Assembly: GCA_050273025.1 (NCBI GenBank)
Contig: CP158635.1
Location: 2,852,001 to 2,916,000 of the forward strand
Origin: Cenococcum geophilum
Lineage: Eukaryota
DNA length: 64,000 bases
Direction: 5' to 3'
The notes below the pieces were generated by a model. That model saw only the letters and a program-made list of their open reading frames with translations. It was not told the origin of the DNA and did not search any database. The position numbers were made by a program, and so were the translations under genes. Below, piece by piece: positions 36,703-49,638 of this stretch. Every line of letters starts with the position of its first letter. Position 1 is the stretch's first letter.

Positions 36703-39700
36703 TGTTATAATATTTAATTACGCTATTATGGCTCCCGTTAGGGTCTATGCAGCGGGTCTATATGGGTATATATATATATATATATATATAAGAGGGAAAC
36801 CGTATAGCTGGGGCCGGATAAAACCTCTCCTTCTCTTATTATATGGCCTATATAGCCTCTCTTCTAATTAGTAACTGCTAAGCATAAGTAGATATCTCTT
36901 TAAGGCGCTATAGAAAAGCTATCTTAATACGTACTCCTAGGTCTATCTAGTGGGGTGTATAGCTAGGGCCTAGCTTCCATTCCTAGCTGCTCCAGTTATC
37001 TAGGTAGGGCGTAGGCCGGTGGCCTATAAGGCTAGTAGTGGTGTAGAAGGTTCCATTATCTATATCTATATTAACGTACGTAGCTCTATAACTTACTAAG
37101 TTTTACTAAGTTCTACTAGGGTATTAACTTCTGCCAAATTCTGCTAGGTTACTAAATTCTGCTAAATTCTGCTAAGTTGCCAACGTTCTGCCAAATTCTG
37201 TTAGGTTATTAAATTCTATTAAATTCTGCTAAGTTCTATTAGGTTGCCAAAACTCTACCAAATTCTGTTAGGTTGCTAAAATTCTACTAGGTTAACGAGT
37301 TCTACTAAATTTTGCTAGGTTGCTAGAGTTCTACTAACTTCTACTAGGTTGCCTCCCGCAAAATTCTACTATATTTTGCTATCCCTATAGTATTTATCCT
37401 CCGCCTCTTAAAGCACTTCTTAGCCTCCTCTCTTTACCCTAGCTAGCTCTCTAGTAAATAAAAGGTGCGGTAAGAGGTTTATCTATATAAACCAGTCTAT
37501 AACCGCCTTAGCAGCCTTTAGCTTAGTTAGGAGCTCTTTATATAAGGATATTCTAGTATAGTAATATATTTCCGCCCGGCTAGTAATATGCTTAGGGTAG
37601 AACACAACTACGTATATTATTAATTATCGGCTATAGCCGCATAGGTAGGCCAGAGTTAGGTGCCCTAGTACTTTTTGGTGGTAGGGGTATCTGTTAAGCC
37701 CTATATACTCAGTTTTAAGCAGCATATTAATCATGCTCTCTACCTTTATAAGCCTCGCGTGGTATTTAAAGACTTCCTTATTCTATAGCTCGGCCTAGGC
37801 CGTTATATAGTAGGTAAGCGTGCTCTAGTAGTTTTCTTATTCCCTTTTCCACCGCTTCTTAAACGCCTCTTATACCCTAGCCCTTCTACTTCTCTTATAC
37901 TGCGCTTTAGATAAGTCCACTAGTTATACATCTATCCCTAAAATAGCGGCCACTATCCTCTTAAGCTTATCCCGTCTAGTGGGCCGTATTAATAGCTTTA
38001 TTCTAGGCCGGAGTTAGTAGGCTATTATGGCCTATATAGTATTGCACTCCCTCTTAATATACTCTCTTACCAGTCCTTTTAGCGTCCTTTCCGCGTAGGC
38101 TATAGCTAGCTCTTTAAGGTATATCTAAAGCGGCGGAAACCCCGTTTTATACTCTAGTACTACTATCGGCGTTAATTTATACGCCCCCGCAATAGTGCGA
38201 AGGTATAAGTTCTGTGCTACGCCTAGCCAGCGCAGCTTAGTTTTGCTTATTTCCTTAGGCTTTGTCTACTCTAGTGGCGAGTACTAGGTTCTATATTCGT
38301 ATAAAATTGCCGGCCGGACTACGGCGGAGTATACTATCTGCGCCTTCTAGAAGAAGGCGCCCTATATAAAGGCCGTAAGCCGGGTTAGTGCGGCTATTTA
38401 GGTAATTACCTTCATCTTAATAATGTTAACGTACGGTCCCTATTTAAGCTTTAAGTTAACCTATACCCCTAATACGCGTAGGTTACTAACTAGGCCTTCC
38501 GTAAAGCCATATATGTTAACTATAGCCTTTATATTAAACTTTTTGTGGCTCCTTATAAAATGGATAAGGTAGTACTTTTTAGGGGTAAACACTACCCTAT
38601 GCTGGCGTGCCTATGCTGTATATACCTTATGCGCCCTTTTTATAGTTCTATAGTTCTCCTCCGTAGTCTTACTATACGTTAGTATATTAGAGTTATTAAC
38701 AAATTTAAATGCCGTAGTGGTTCCCCCTTATAGCTCTAGTAGGAGTATATAGGCAAAAAAGAGGAATAGGATTGGCGATAGCGCTAAGCCTTAGGGTATA
38801 CCGGTGTTTGTTTATATTATTTATACTATATATCCTCTAATTAAGAGCCTTATTATTTAATCCTTAAAGAAGGACTTTATAAACTATACTATCTAGTAGG
38901 GTACGGCTTAGGCCTTTATATTATAGATTATTCTTTTATAGGAGACTTAGTTAAAGGCCCCAGAAATATTAAGGCTAAGTAAGAAGGCTACTAGGTTTAG
39001 GTTACTCCTCTACACTATATATACCTGTTAGGTTAATAGCTTTAGTACTATCTACGTTAAGCGCCCCGGCCTTACTCCTATCTAACTAGCTAGTAATATA
39101 CCCGTCTCCTCCGCAATTTTAAATAGTCGGCTAGCTACTATTCTCTTAAGTAGCTTCCTAATAGTATTAAGCAGCGCGATTAGCCGGTAGGCCTTTACTA
39201 TGGTATAAAATGGCTTTTATAGTTTCTAAAGGACTACTATAATAGAGTCTTTAAACGGTTTTAGGTAATATCTAATTGCTATATAGCTGCTAAAGAGTTT
39301 AGCCAGTACTAGGGCTAGCTACTCTCCGCACGTTTTAAGAAATTAATTAGTAATTTTTTTTAAACCTAGGGCCTTATTAGGGGCAAGCCCCTTTAAGGCC
39401 GTAATAATATCCTCCTCCTTAACTACTTCCTTTACTATTTGCGGCTCTAGGTATGCAAACCCTAGTATATTACTAAGGTCCGCCTCTACCGGTAGCGGGA
39501 AGAACTGCTCTATAAGGATAGTAGCCTTCTCCTTATTATTATGGTGTAGGGTTTCCTCTCCTAGTCTGCTAATAGGAGGAAACTATAGTAGGGCCTTTAG
39601 CTTTCCGTTTGCTGTATATACCCATTTTACCATCCTCTATATCCCCTTAGGGTTATTTATTAACTTTTTAACGGTCCTCCTCTATAGCTTATTAGCATCT

Positions 39701-42552
39701 TATTAGATTGCCCTTTTCTTCTTATTCTATATAACTCTATAGTTAATTTAGTTGGGCACTAACTGAGAGACCTTCCACGCCTAAAAGGCCTATTAGGTTT
39801 CCTTTACTACTTCTATACATTCCTCTGATTATACTTTAGAGGTTTACGGCAAGGGCCGCGCGTTAGGTACTATTTTTGCTATAGTGTTCTTAATCGCCTA
39901 GTATATAGCCTCCGCTAGCGTGTTTAGTTTATCTTTTATATTGTACGGGAGTCTATATAGGGGCTAAAGTTAGCCTTTTAGCTTACTCTACACCACCTTT
40001 TAATTAGCCTTCTTCTATAGCGGTCTCCTAGGTAAGGGGGGCCCCTTTAGCATCTTTACGTCCACCTCTATAATAATAGGAAAGTGGTTAGACCCTGTAT
40101 ACCAGTGGTCTTATTTTTAACTTTATAGCAGCCTATTAGTAATCTAGGGGAGGTAAACACTAGGTCTAGCGTGCTCCTTAATATGCCCTTTACCTACGTC
40201 TCTATGCCCGCCTTAGTAGCTAGGCTTAGGCTAGCTGCCTTTATAGCATAAATAAGGTTATCTGCCGCGTTATCCACGTATATTACTGTTACACCCCCCT
40301 AAAAGGGGTAGTGTAGATTAAAATTACCTAACAGTATATATTCTCCTTTGGCCCTTAGCAGCTCTAATAGTATATAAATACTGCTATTTGTCTGTTAGGG
40401 GTTATAGATATTATAAATCTAGATAGTCCTCTTGCAGCCCTCTAGCTTAATTATATATACGTTCGCTAAGTAGTATATAGGCGCCTATTTATTTATGTTA
40501 ATAGCCTTATTTATATAGAAGCAGACCCTTATATTGCCTACTCCCGCGTGTACTAGGTGGTAGGATTTTATAGTGCATATTATATTTCCTTAGTCCCTCC
40601 GCCATGGCTCCTAGATGGCTAATATATCCAGCTAGGGGTCCGCCTACTCCACCTCTTATAGAAAGTAGAGCAGTACACCGTTCCTACTATTATTAGTGTT
40701 ATACTATATAATTATAAGTGTTTTCCGGTATCCTAATATAAGAGATTTATGCTGGCCTCTAAGTTAGCTAAGTTAGTACCCTTTAGCGTCCGTTTACTTT
40801 CTTATAACGCAGTTTTAAAGCCTCTAAATACCTCTTTCCGAATCTAGGCTTTTACTTCCACCTCTATATTAAACTCCATATTTAGTAGGGGCTCCTAGGT
40901 TGCTAGGATTTAAATTAGGGCGTATATACTACTATATAGTGCTATTTAGAGTGTTAATTAGAGGGTCCTCTAACCTATTTCCTTCCTAAAATAATTAAAA
41001 GTCTATAGCCGGCTGACCTTTTAGGGGGCTTCCTCTGCCTATATAAAGCTCTCTTACGTAACTATCTTCTTTAGCTTCCTTTCCTTAGCTCGTTGTAAGG
41101 CCTCCTTAGTAGTAATCTCATACTATAATTGTAGTTACTATCCGCTTGTAGGTACCTTATAGGTGCCTACGTAGTATATTAGCGTATAGGCCCTAATTGC
41201 TACAGCCTTCTCCTACTATGTCCGCTTAACACTACACGCCCCGTTCTATACCTTATGGTTTACTTTATAGTTAATACACTTTTTAGGTGGGTCTCCTATA
41301 TATTCGCTAGTATTATGTTGCCTAGCCGCAGCGTCCGTATCTAGCTTCTCTCCTACAACTCTTAGCTATATAGTTAAAGCCTTAGCATTTAAAGCACTAC
41401 ATTACTAGAAACGTTGTCTCGTGCCTTATAACTAGGTAGTAGTCTCCTCCTAGGAAGAGGCCCCAATTAAATAGCGTATTTGCTAACTCTTCTAACTATA
41501 TACCCATAATAAGTAACAATTTAACCTTTTGTCCCGTTCGGACTCTTCCTAGCCTTTTCCACGCTAGCCTTTCTACTGTAAGCCCCGCTATAGTACAGTT
41601 CTGCTTTATTATATCTTCTATTATCTACTTAGCCTCTAGGCCTTAAATAGCAAGGCTTATAGGTACCGTGTGGACCTCTACTAGTACTAGCAGAATAGCT
41701 AGTGTAGCAGAGCGTCTAAGGACCTTTGTCTACTCTATTTCTTATAGCAACCTATTTTTTACTTCTTTATCCATAATATACGCCCTAACGTTACCGCTTT
41801 ATAACTTCTTTATAGCTTATATCCTGTGGGTGTCTAGGGGTCCTACGGCCTAGAGTTTATATACTAGGGCTTAGCTATTCTACTTTAAGGTTTCTTTACG
41901 GTCGGCGGCGTTACCTATACGGATTATAATCTCATATACTTTTATAGGTTTGTAGGCAACTTGTCTTATAGCTTAGGGTATTATAGGTATAGTGGCAGCG
42001 ACGTATGCGTACAACAGCGGGCCTATAGACGTCGGTCCGCTCTTTGTAGCTATTATTACAGTCTTTCTAAGGGCGCCAATATCTGTCCGGATTGCCTTTA
42101 TGTCCTAGGCATATTACTCCTAGGTTCCTTAGGTTTAGATTAGCTCCGCTAATATAGCGAAGGCTATCCAGAGGGTTATAATTGCGGTAGTAAGGAAGGA
42201 GAGCATAGTAGAGCGCTCTTCGTCTAAATTAAAAGATCGTTTCTATAGTGCCTACTAGGTTTATTCTGCGGTTTATATAGTCTATAGAACGCGTTCTTAA
42301 AAGGCGCGCTGTTCAATTAGGGTAGTTAGGGTGGTTGGGGTTATTGGGGTTAAGGGTTTATTTGTTTGTTATAATCCGGCTTTAGGGGCTATATATTAAA
42401 AAACACCATATATACCTCCACTAACGCCGAATTATGGTATGTAGTTTTAATAGGAAGGGTTTCTATAGTCCTCTAAAGCTCGTAGGAGCTCTATCGGGCT
42501 TATTTCGCAGGTTTCTTTAGCGGGCGACTGCATTGTGTTTGAAAGAAAGCTT
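36703..42552 (-). mobile_element. Full-length RIPed Tad1-like LINE (ORF1 plus APE-RT ORF2) with 16-bp TSD
   Basis: TSD AAGATATATACCATTA at 36687-36702 and 42553-42568. ORF2 motifs: II*YN, DILAI*EPW, LLGNFNLHYP, GSNHFPI (endonuclease); KAYRLIALLNT, LNISGAFN, GIP*GLALSPILF, FVNN (RT). ORF1 spans ~42533-40760. Confidence 0.95.
37105..37350. repeat. Degenerate minisatellite (AAATTCTGC / TAGGTTGC motifs) in the LINE 3' region
   Basis: Repeated ttctgctaaa / ttctgctaggtt units are directly visible. Confidence 0.8.
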
Positions 42553-45500
42553 AAGATATATACCATTAAATCCGGATTAAAGCCGGTAATAAGTAAAAAA
42601 CGGCGTTCTAAATATGGTATGGCCACTTTAAGTACCTAGTAATACTATTTAGGCTTACCAACATACTAGTGATATTTTAGGCCTATATTAATAAGGTATT
42701 ATTAGGCCTATTGGACATAATATATATAGTCTACCTTAATAACATTATAGTTTACTTTAATAACTACGAAGCATATACGTACTACGTATAAATAGTACTA
42801 AAAAGACTGTAGGAATATAAGCTCTATATAAACCTAAAAAAAGTATATATTCTATACTACTAGCATTAATTTTCTAGGCTTTATTATTAGCGTTAACGGA
42901 GTGTTAATAGAGAAAAGTCGGGTAGACGCTATTAAGGAATGGCCCTACCCTATAATATTTAGAGAAGTGTAGGTTTTCTTAGGTACGGCGAATTTCTACC
43001 AAACGTTTATTGTTTACTATTTATAAATAATACTCCTAATTACTAATCTACTAAAAGGATCTAAGAATAGTAAGAAGTTAGGACCCTTTATATTTAGGGA
43101 AGCTACTAAGTAGGCTATAGACCGGTTAAAGGATTTATTTACTTTAGCGCCTATCCTAATACACTTCTACTAGGAGCTATATATATACCTTAAAATAGAT
43201 ATATCCGGCTTCGCCCTAGGGGCAATTATATCTTAATTAAAAGACAGAGAATAGTATCCTGTGGCGTTTTAGTTAAGGAAAATAACCCCTATAAAATGGC
43301 GTTATATAACGCACAACTAGAAGCTGCTTATAATAGTCGCAGTAATAAAGCACTAGCGATATTTTTATATAGGAAGTAATTACCCTATTAAAGTCCTTAC
43401 GGACCATAACAACCTAGAATACTTTATAACTATAAAGGTATTAAGCGGTTAATAAGCTAGATAGGCAAAAGCACTATTATAGTACGACTTTAAAATTACG
43501 TACTAACTAGGAAAGACAAATCCCGCTAATAGGTTGTTAAGACGTCCAGATTATAAGATAGGGAGAATCTAGGATAGTATAGGGGAAATAATCCCTATAT
43601 TATAAAATTTGCTTAAAAAAAAGACTCTTTTCCTAAAACTATAGAATTTCGTAGTAGGGTAGAGGTCCTAGCAATATAGCTGTAAAGCGCCATAATTATA
43701 AAGCCGTAGGATATAGTTACGGACTAGGTTATAGGCTAGGCAGATATTATAAAGTTAGCGTACCCTAGAATTAGTAAGAATTCTATAGGATATGCTAGGG
43801 GTATTATAGTACCTTTAACTTAACGGCGTATTAGCTATAAGTGTCCGGATCTAAGGGGGATAGGCGAGATGCCTATCCGCAGCGTGGTATACTGTATAAT
43901 GGTAGGAGAATCTACTCGCACTAATAGTTTGAAACATCTTGTGCCACGCCTTATATTTATAATAGCGGTAGGCAAAATAGAAGCAAGTAATCTATATAAA
44001 ACCTTTTTAGATCTTCTCCTTTAAGTATAATAGAGGGACGCCTTTGTTTTTAAGAAGAGGTAAAAAGATATAGTAGAGACCAACTTAGCCGGAGTTACTA
44101 AGAAGCTATAGCAGCAGGACTAAAAGGGTCTATTATACTTTAAGGGTGCTATATATATCCCAAAGGACTAAGCGGTTTAAGATAAAATTTTAAAGGTCTT
44201 CTATAATAATCCTTTTAGGGGTTACTATAGTGCTAATAGAACCCTTAAGACCGTTTAAAGGAAATACTTTTAGGACGGAATATCTAAAGAGGTTAAGGAC
44301 TATATATTAAGATATAATACGTGCTAAAGAGTATAGATATCTAGGCATTGCCTATATAGCGAGTTATTAGTGCTTCCTATTCCGCAGGGACTTATATTAG
44401 AATTAATAATAGATTTTATTATAGGCTTACCCCCTACTAAGATAAGAACTAAAGAGGTTGCTAACGCTATTCTAGTAATCGTTAACAGGTATACAAAGTT
44501 TTTAGGATACTTTGCTATTATAATAATAATTACAGCAGCAGAACTAGCAGACCTATTTTTAAAACAATAGCTCTTATTTAGTACGTTAAGGGGAATCGTG
44601 TCCGATAAAGGTACCATATTTAATAGTATATTTTGGTCTTTATTCTGTCTCTTATTAAAAATATAGTAAAGGATAAGCACTACCTTCTACCTATAAATAG
44701 ATGGGCTAATAGAGCGTCTAAATGCGTTATTAGAACACTACCTGCGCTGCTATATTAATTATTAACAGAATAATTAGATATTATAGTTAGCTTTAACGCA
44801 GTATATATATAATACAAGCATCTATAGTAGTATAAAAATGACCCCTTATAAAGCACTGTTTAGGGTAAAAGCAAATAACCCCTAGAACGTTAAGGACATC
44901 GTTCCTAAAAGGGAGGCACCGGTAGCGTCTAAAAGAATTAAGTAAATAAGAGTTCGCAGAGAGAAACTTAAAAAGCACTTACTAGACGCCTAGGCTATAT
45001 AAAAAAGGTACTATAATAAAAAATATATGCTAAAAGAATTTAAGATAGGAGATAAAGTCTTACTATTTATAAAAAATATCCAAATAAAACGTATTAAGAA
45101 GAAGCTGGATTACCAGTAGCTCGGACCCTTTAAGATAGTTAGAAAAACTAAAGGAAACTAAGCCTATAAATTAGAATTACCGAAATCTTATCTAATATAT
45201 CCTATATTTTATATTTCCTTACTAAAGCTATATTAGAGAAGAAATAGTGCGGAACTGCCCCTATCTAGCGAAATTAATAGGGAACTAGAATGGAATATAA
45301 AAGACATTTTAAACTAAAGATGGCGCCAGAAAAAGCGCGAATTTTTAGTTTATTAGGAAGGATACTTCTAGGCGTATAATAGTTAGGAACTTAAGGAGTA
45401 CCTTTAGCCAGGATATAACACTGTAATTAAAACCTTCTTAAGAACTAAAGGTAAAGATTTAGGAATGGTTCTAGATATACCATAAGTAAAATAATAGGGA

Positions 45501-47819
45501 AGACCCCGTAAGTTAAACTATAGGATTAAGTATAGGCATTAAGAACGGAAACGTTTCGCTATTATAATAGGGATCCTAGAATCCTATAAGAGGAAGACTA
45601 TAGGGATTTACAGGAAAACTACTAAGGATACTATTTAAAGAAGACGCTGTTTAAGAATAAGTAGTAGCACTATAAGAAGCGGCCTTAGGGATTTAGAAAG
45701 ATCCCCTAAAGATAAAAGGAGAGTATCCGGCCTAGCACCGGAGATATATAGTAGAGTTAATAGTATAAAGAGGAGTAAAAGGATAGCCTATAAAGAATTA
45801 GAAATTTTAAGGAATTATAAGGCACCTATAGGAATACTACCCGTTTATTATATATAGGGATTATAATAGTGCACTGCGTTTATATAGATTGTCACCAAAG
45901 CTTAAAACAAAGGCATCCCTAAAGTATAAAGTCAATTCCTAATAACTAGGCATTCTAGAGGCACCTAAAAAGCACTATATAAAGCTATTTAATAAGAAGA
46001 AAAAAAGAACTATATAATAACTTAAACACTAGTAGCAGTAATAGGAGCCTCCTCCTCTATCTTAACGTTATTATTAGCAGTATTATCAGCACTTCTATCC
46101 CTAGAAACATTAGCGCTTCTACTAATATTCTTCTTAGAGCGGCGGGAACCGGAAGGATTAATATAGCGGGGGGACGGGCGAGGAGAACGTTCATCTTAAC
46201 TTTTGTTGCTATCCTTAGTATTATCCCTAGGTTTTAAATTGGCGTCTAAGCAGGGATTAGAGAGACGTTAGCTAAAGAAGTTAGCATAGTTCCTAAGTAA
46301 GTTACTAGAGAAACTCACCTAGCTAGAATAGCCTATGTAAAAGTGCAAATATTATTATTAATAAGGGTAAGCTGTTCACATATATGCTCCTAAATACTAT
46401 ATATCTAAAATTATTGCGTCTCTATAGTAATAGAAACCCTTATTAAATTAAAGAGTCTATAAGCAAGGGAAGACACCTTCTGTCCCCGCCTATTACTATT
46501 AAGATATTAGCAGAAATCTTAAATAGCGCATTAGAGCTTATAAGTCTTATACGCATAAATAGCGGGGATCTAATATAATTAGCGAAATTTAAAATAAGAC
46601 GGAATGGGAAATACCGGGACGTAGGTCTTTCTTCTACTACAGTAATAGGAGCACTTGGTTTTATTTTTGCTGGAGTAAGGCATTTTATAGACGTGGGAAG
46701 GATCCTATATAAGAGTATAAACGCAGTAATAATAGCATTTTAGGGAAACTGCTATAGGAGTAATAGACGCTGTTTAGGGCGTTACTAGAAGAGGAATAAT
46801 ACTGCCGCCAGTCTAGGGATGCGTAGTATAACTATAAGCTATTATAAGAGAATACTACGGGAAGTTAGTATTATTAATAGAGATAAAATAGGGATCCTAT
46901 TATTTATAGACGTGTTATAAGAAGAGAATAAAGTAGCTATAAAAGAATAGCTAGAGACACGGAAGCTAAAAGCGGAGATATAGAGAAAACAGTCTGCTAA
47001 AAGATAAGACGAATAGTGTTGTTAATAAAAAGATGCGTAAGAGGCGATAGCTTATAAACTAAAAGAAAATTAAAATAAAGACGTTATTATCAGAACCTAT
47101 TTTAGGTAAATAGGGATAGTGGCTTATAAACGCGTTATATAGGACAACCTCTAAATTAACTTATAACAAACTCTTATAATAAAAAAGGTAAATCCTATCC
47201 AATTTTTATTATTATTATTTTAGTTCCATTATAAGGGCATTATAAGAAGCTATAGTGGAAGAAAAGTAGAGGAACTAAAGACAAAGTAAGGTTCCATACT
47301 AGTGAAGAACTAGCTATAAGCCGTATTATAAAGTACCTTTCTACTAAGGATTTTCCCTAGTAGTTTTAGCCGGAACTTTATAAAAGCTTAGTAGAGGCGA
47401 AGTCTTAGAGGACTAAGACCCTTAAAGGGGAGGTAATTATAACGGAATTCCCTAGAAGGTACATATTAGATAAAATAGAAGGAGGTCTTATCTATGTTCT
47501 ATCTATGTCCTAGAAGATATAGTTAGATAGATAAAAGGTAAAGGGTTTACTAGCGTCTTAGAAGGATTATATAGGGAGCTGGTTCTCCTCTAGAGAAGAA
47601 CTAGCAATTAGTCTCTAAATAGAAGAGGTTAGAAAGCATTTTTCCTTTATTCGTAAAGATCGTTTTACCTTAACTTATCTTTTACTTACCTGTAACTCTT
47701 ATTCTATACTATTAATTAGATAATTATACGTTCCGGTCAAACTGGCCTCTTATAGTTAGGTACCCTATATAAACTATAACCTAAGTTTAAAAGCTTTAAC
47801 TTAGAGCCTTATATATAGA

Positions 47820-49245
47820 GTTTAATTAATATATTAATATATATATAGATATAAGGTTTTCTAGGGGGAGACATCTTAGACCCCCCCTCTATAGAGCTTT
47901 TACTTAATTTAAAAGTAGTAGTAAGGCTAAGGCGTATTAGTTACTACTAAGTAATATTATCTTACTAAGAGGATCTATTACAGACTAAGGCGCCCTACTT
48001 AAGTTAGGCTTAATTTAGAAGTAATATAGAGTTTAATTAATATTTGTATATATATATAAGGCGGTCCTCGAAATCGGACTCTACACCTATACGTGGTGAG
48101 GCCTACGAACCTACTAGTCTTTGGACTCAGTAGAGCCAACGCAGAGACGTCGCACAGCTGCGGGTAGGACCTGGTGGTGGTTGTGAGCGTTATAGGCGGT
48201 GGTAAAATTTTTTCAGATGGTGAGATCTCGAAAACCACTACTGTTGGCCCTCTACAATTCAGCTACTACACTATTCTCCTATTCTAACCCTATGTAATCC
48301 TCGCGGATATATACGGAATCTAACGTCCCCTGACCCCTAATTAAAAGCATTAACGACCTTATATTAACGAATAAACGTAGATAAACGAATAAATAAGTAA
48401 ATATACGGCCCCTCCTAACCCCTAGGGCGATCGCCCGCGGAGCATGCGGTTACTCACCGCCTTACTGCCGTACTAACTGGCAGCCGGATCACAAGATATG
48501 GTTATCCTTGTCTCCTCTCGACGAAGTAGTGACCCTTAGAGAGGGCCTAGCAACCAGGGCCTAGGCATAAAAGATACCTAGAGTACATACACACATATCC
48601 CGCTCGCTGTTTAGTATTAGGTAGTTAGAACGGATAAATCCCCCTTACGCCTTTAATAGGCCCTAGGGGGGGGGGGAAGGCATAGCGTATATAGTAATAG
48701 TTAATAAGAGATAGTATATAGGGGACGGTTAATAATATAGAAAACAACAATAATAATATACGGCAATCGATTGGCTAGGCCTGGCTAGGACGTAGTGAAC
48801 CCTAGCTTAGAATAAGCTAGAGAGGGAAGCAGTAGTACCTAAAGAGTTTAAAACATCTAAGGAGATAGGGCGTAGCCGTAGGCCTATAGGGCCGCCGCTA
48901 TAGACGGACATGGCAAATCGGGGTTTTTTATCCTACTAAGGTGGCTTATAGGGTTTTTCCTCCCCCAACCTAACTGTAGGGTTTTCTTCCTATAAATATA
49001 AAAGTTTTCCCCCTATAACGGAGTAGTCTGCGTAGGCCTAGATAAGATCCGTATTAGACGTTAATTAAAGAACTACTACTATATATATAAGGCTTTTTAG
49101 GGGGAGACCTCCTAGACACCTCCTTATAGAGCTTTTAAAAGTAGTAGTAAAGCTAAGGCGCCTTAGCTACTACTAGGTAAAAGGATCTACTATAGTGACT
49201 AAGGCGCCCTACTTAAGTTAGGCTTAATTTAGAAGTAATATATAT
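47820..49245 (+). repeat. ~200-bp tandem duplication whose second unit is split by the SINE-like insertion
   Basis: GTTTAATTAATAT...TAGGGGGAGAC...AAAAGTAGTAGTAA...GGCGCCCTACTTAAGTTAGGCTTAATTTAGAAGTAATATA occurs at 47820-48030, and again as 48031-48062 plus 49094-49245. Confidence 0.8.
48063..49079 (+). mobile_element. ~1.0-kb non-autonomous non-LTR (SINE-like) retroelement with (ACT)n tail and 14-bp TSD
   Basis: TATATATATAAGGC at 48049-48062 and 49080-49093; 3' end AATTAAAGAACTACTAC; a second, truncated copy lies at 14021-14166. Confidence 0.8.
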
Positions 49246-49638
49246 ATACCTCCATTGTATTACGCTATAGGGGCTACTATATAGTAAGGGGTAAGCTTTA
49301 GGTAGAGGCTTATATAGAGCTTTAGTAGAGCCTTATATAGAGCTCCGGTAGAGGCTTATATAAAGCTTTATATAGAGCTATATATAGGCGTATAGACGTA
49401 TAAACATGCAGACGTTTATACTAGCGATTAATTACAAAGACGTTTGTAGAGACGATTGTATAGGCAATTATATAGACGTTTAATTGATCGTTCGTACCGG
49501 CGTTTATATAGGCGATTAATTAATTAATTGTATAGACGTTTATAGAGCCATACGTAGGGCTATTTACAGGGAAGTTTATATAGGCGTTTAATTGACCAAT
49601 TATACGGGTGTTTAATTGATTAAATAATTGTATAGGCG

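Larger units (their letters stand above)
34204..47754 (+). mobile_element. Full-length RIPed Ty3/Gypsy chromovirus with TSD GTTAG, interrupted by a LINE
   Basis: LTRs 34204-34521 and 47438-47754; GTTAG at 34199-34203 and 47755-47759; PPT AAAGGGGAGG before the 3' LTR. Domains: zinc knuckle YYNCGKKGY (~35643), protease LIDSG (~35843), RT KLDLKDIYH|IRIKAG, RNase H, integrase and chromodomain EWNIKDIL...FLVY*EGY (~45290-45410). Confidence 0.95.
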
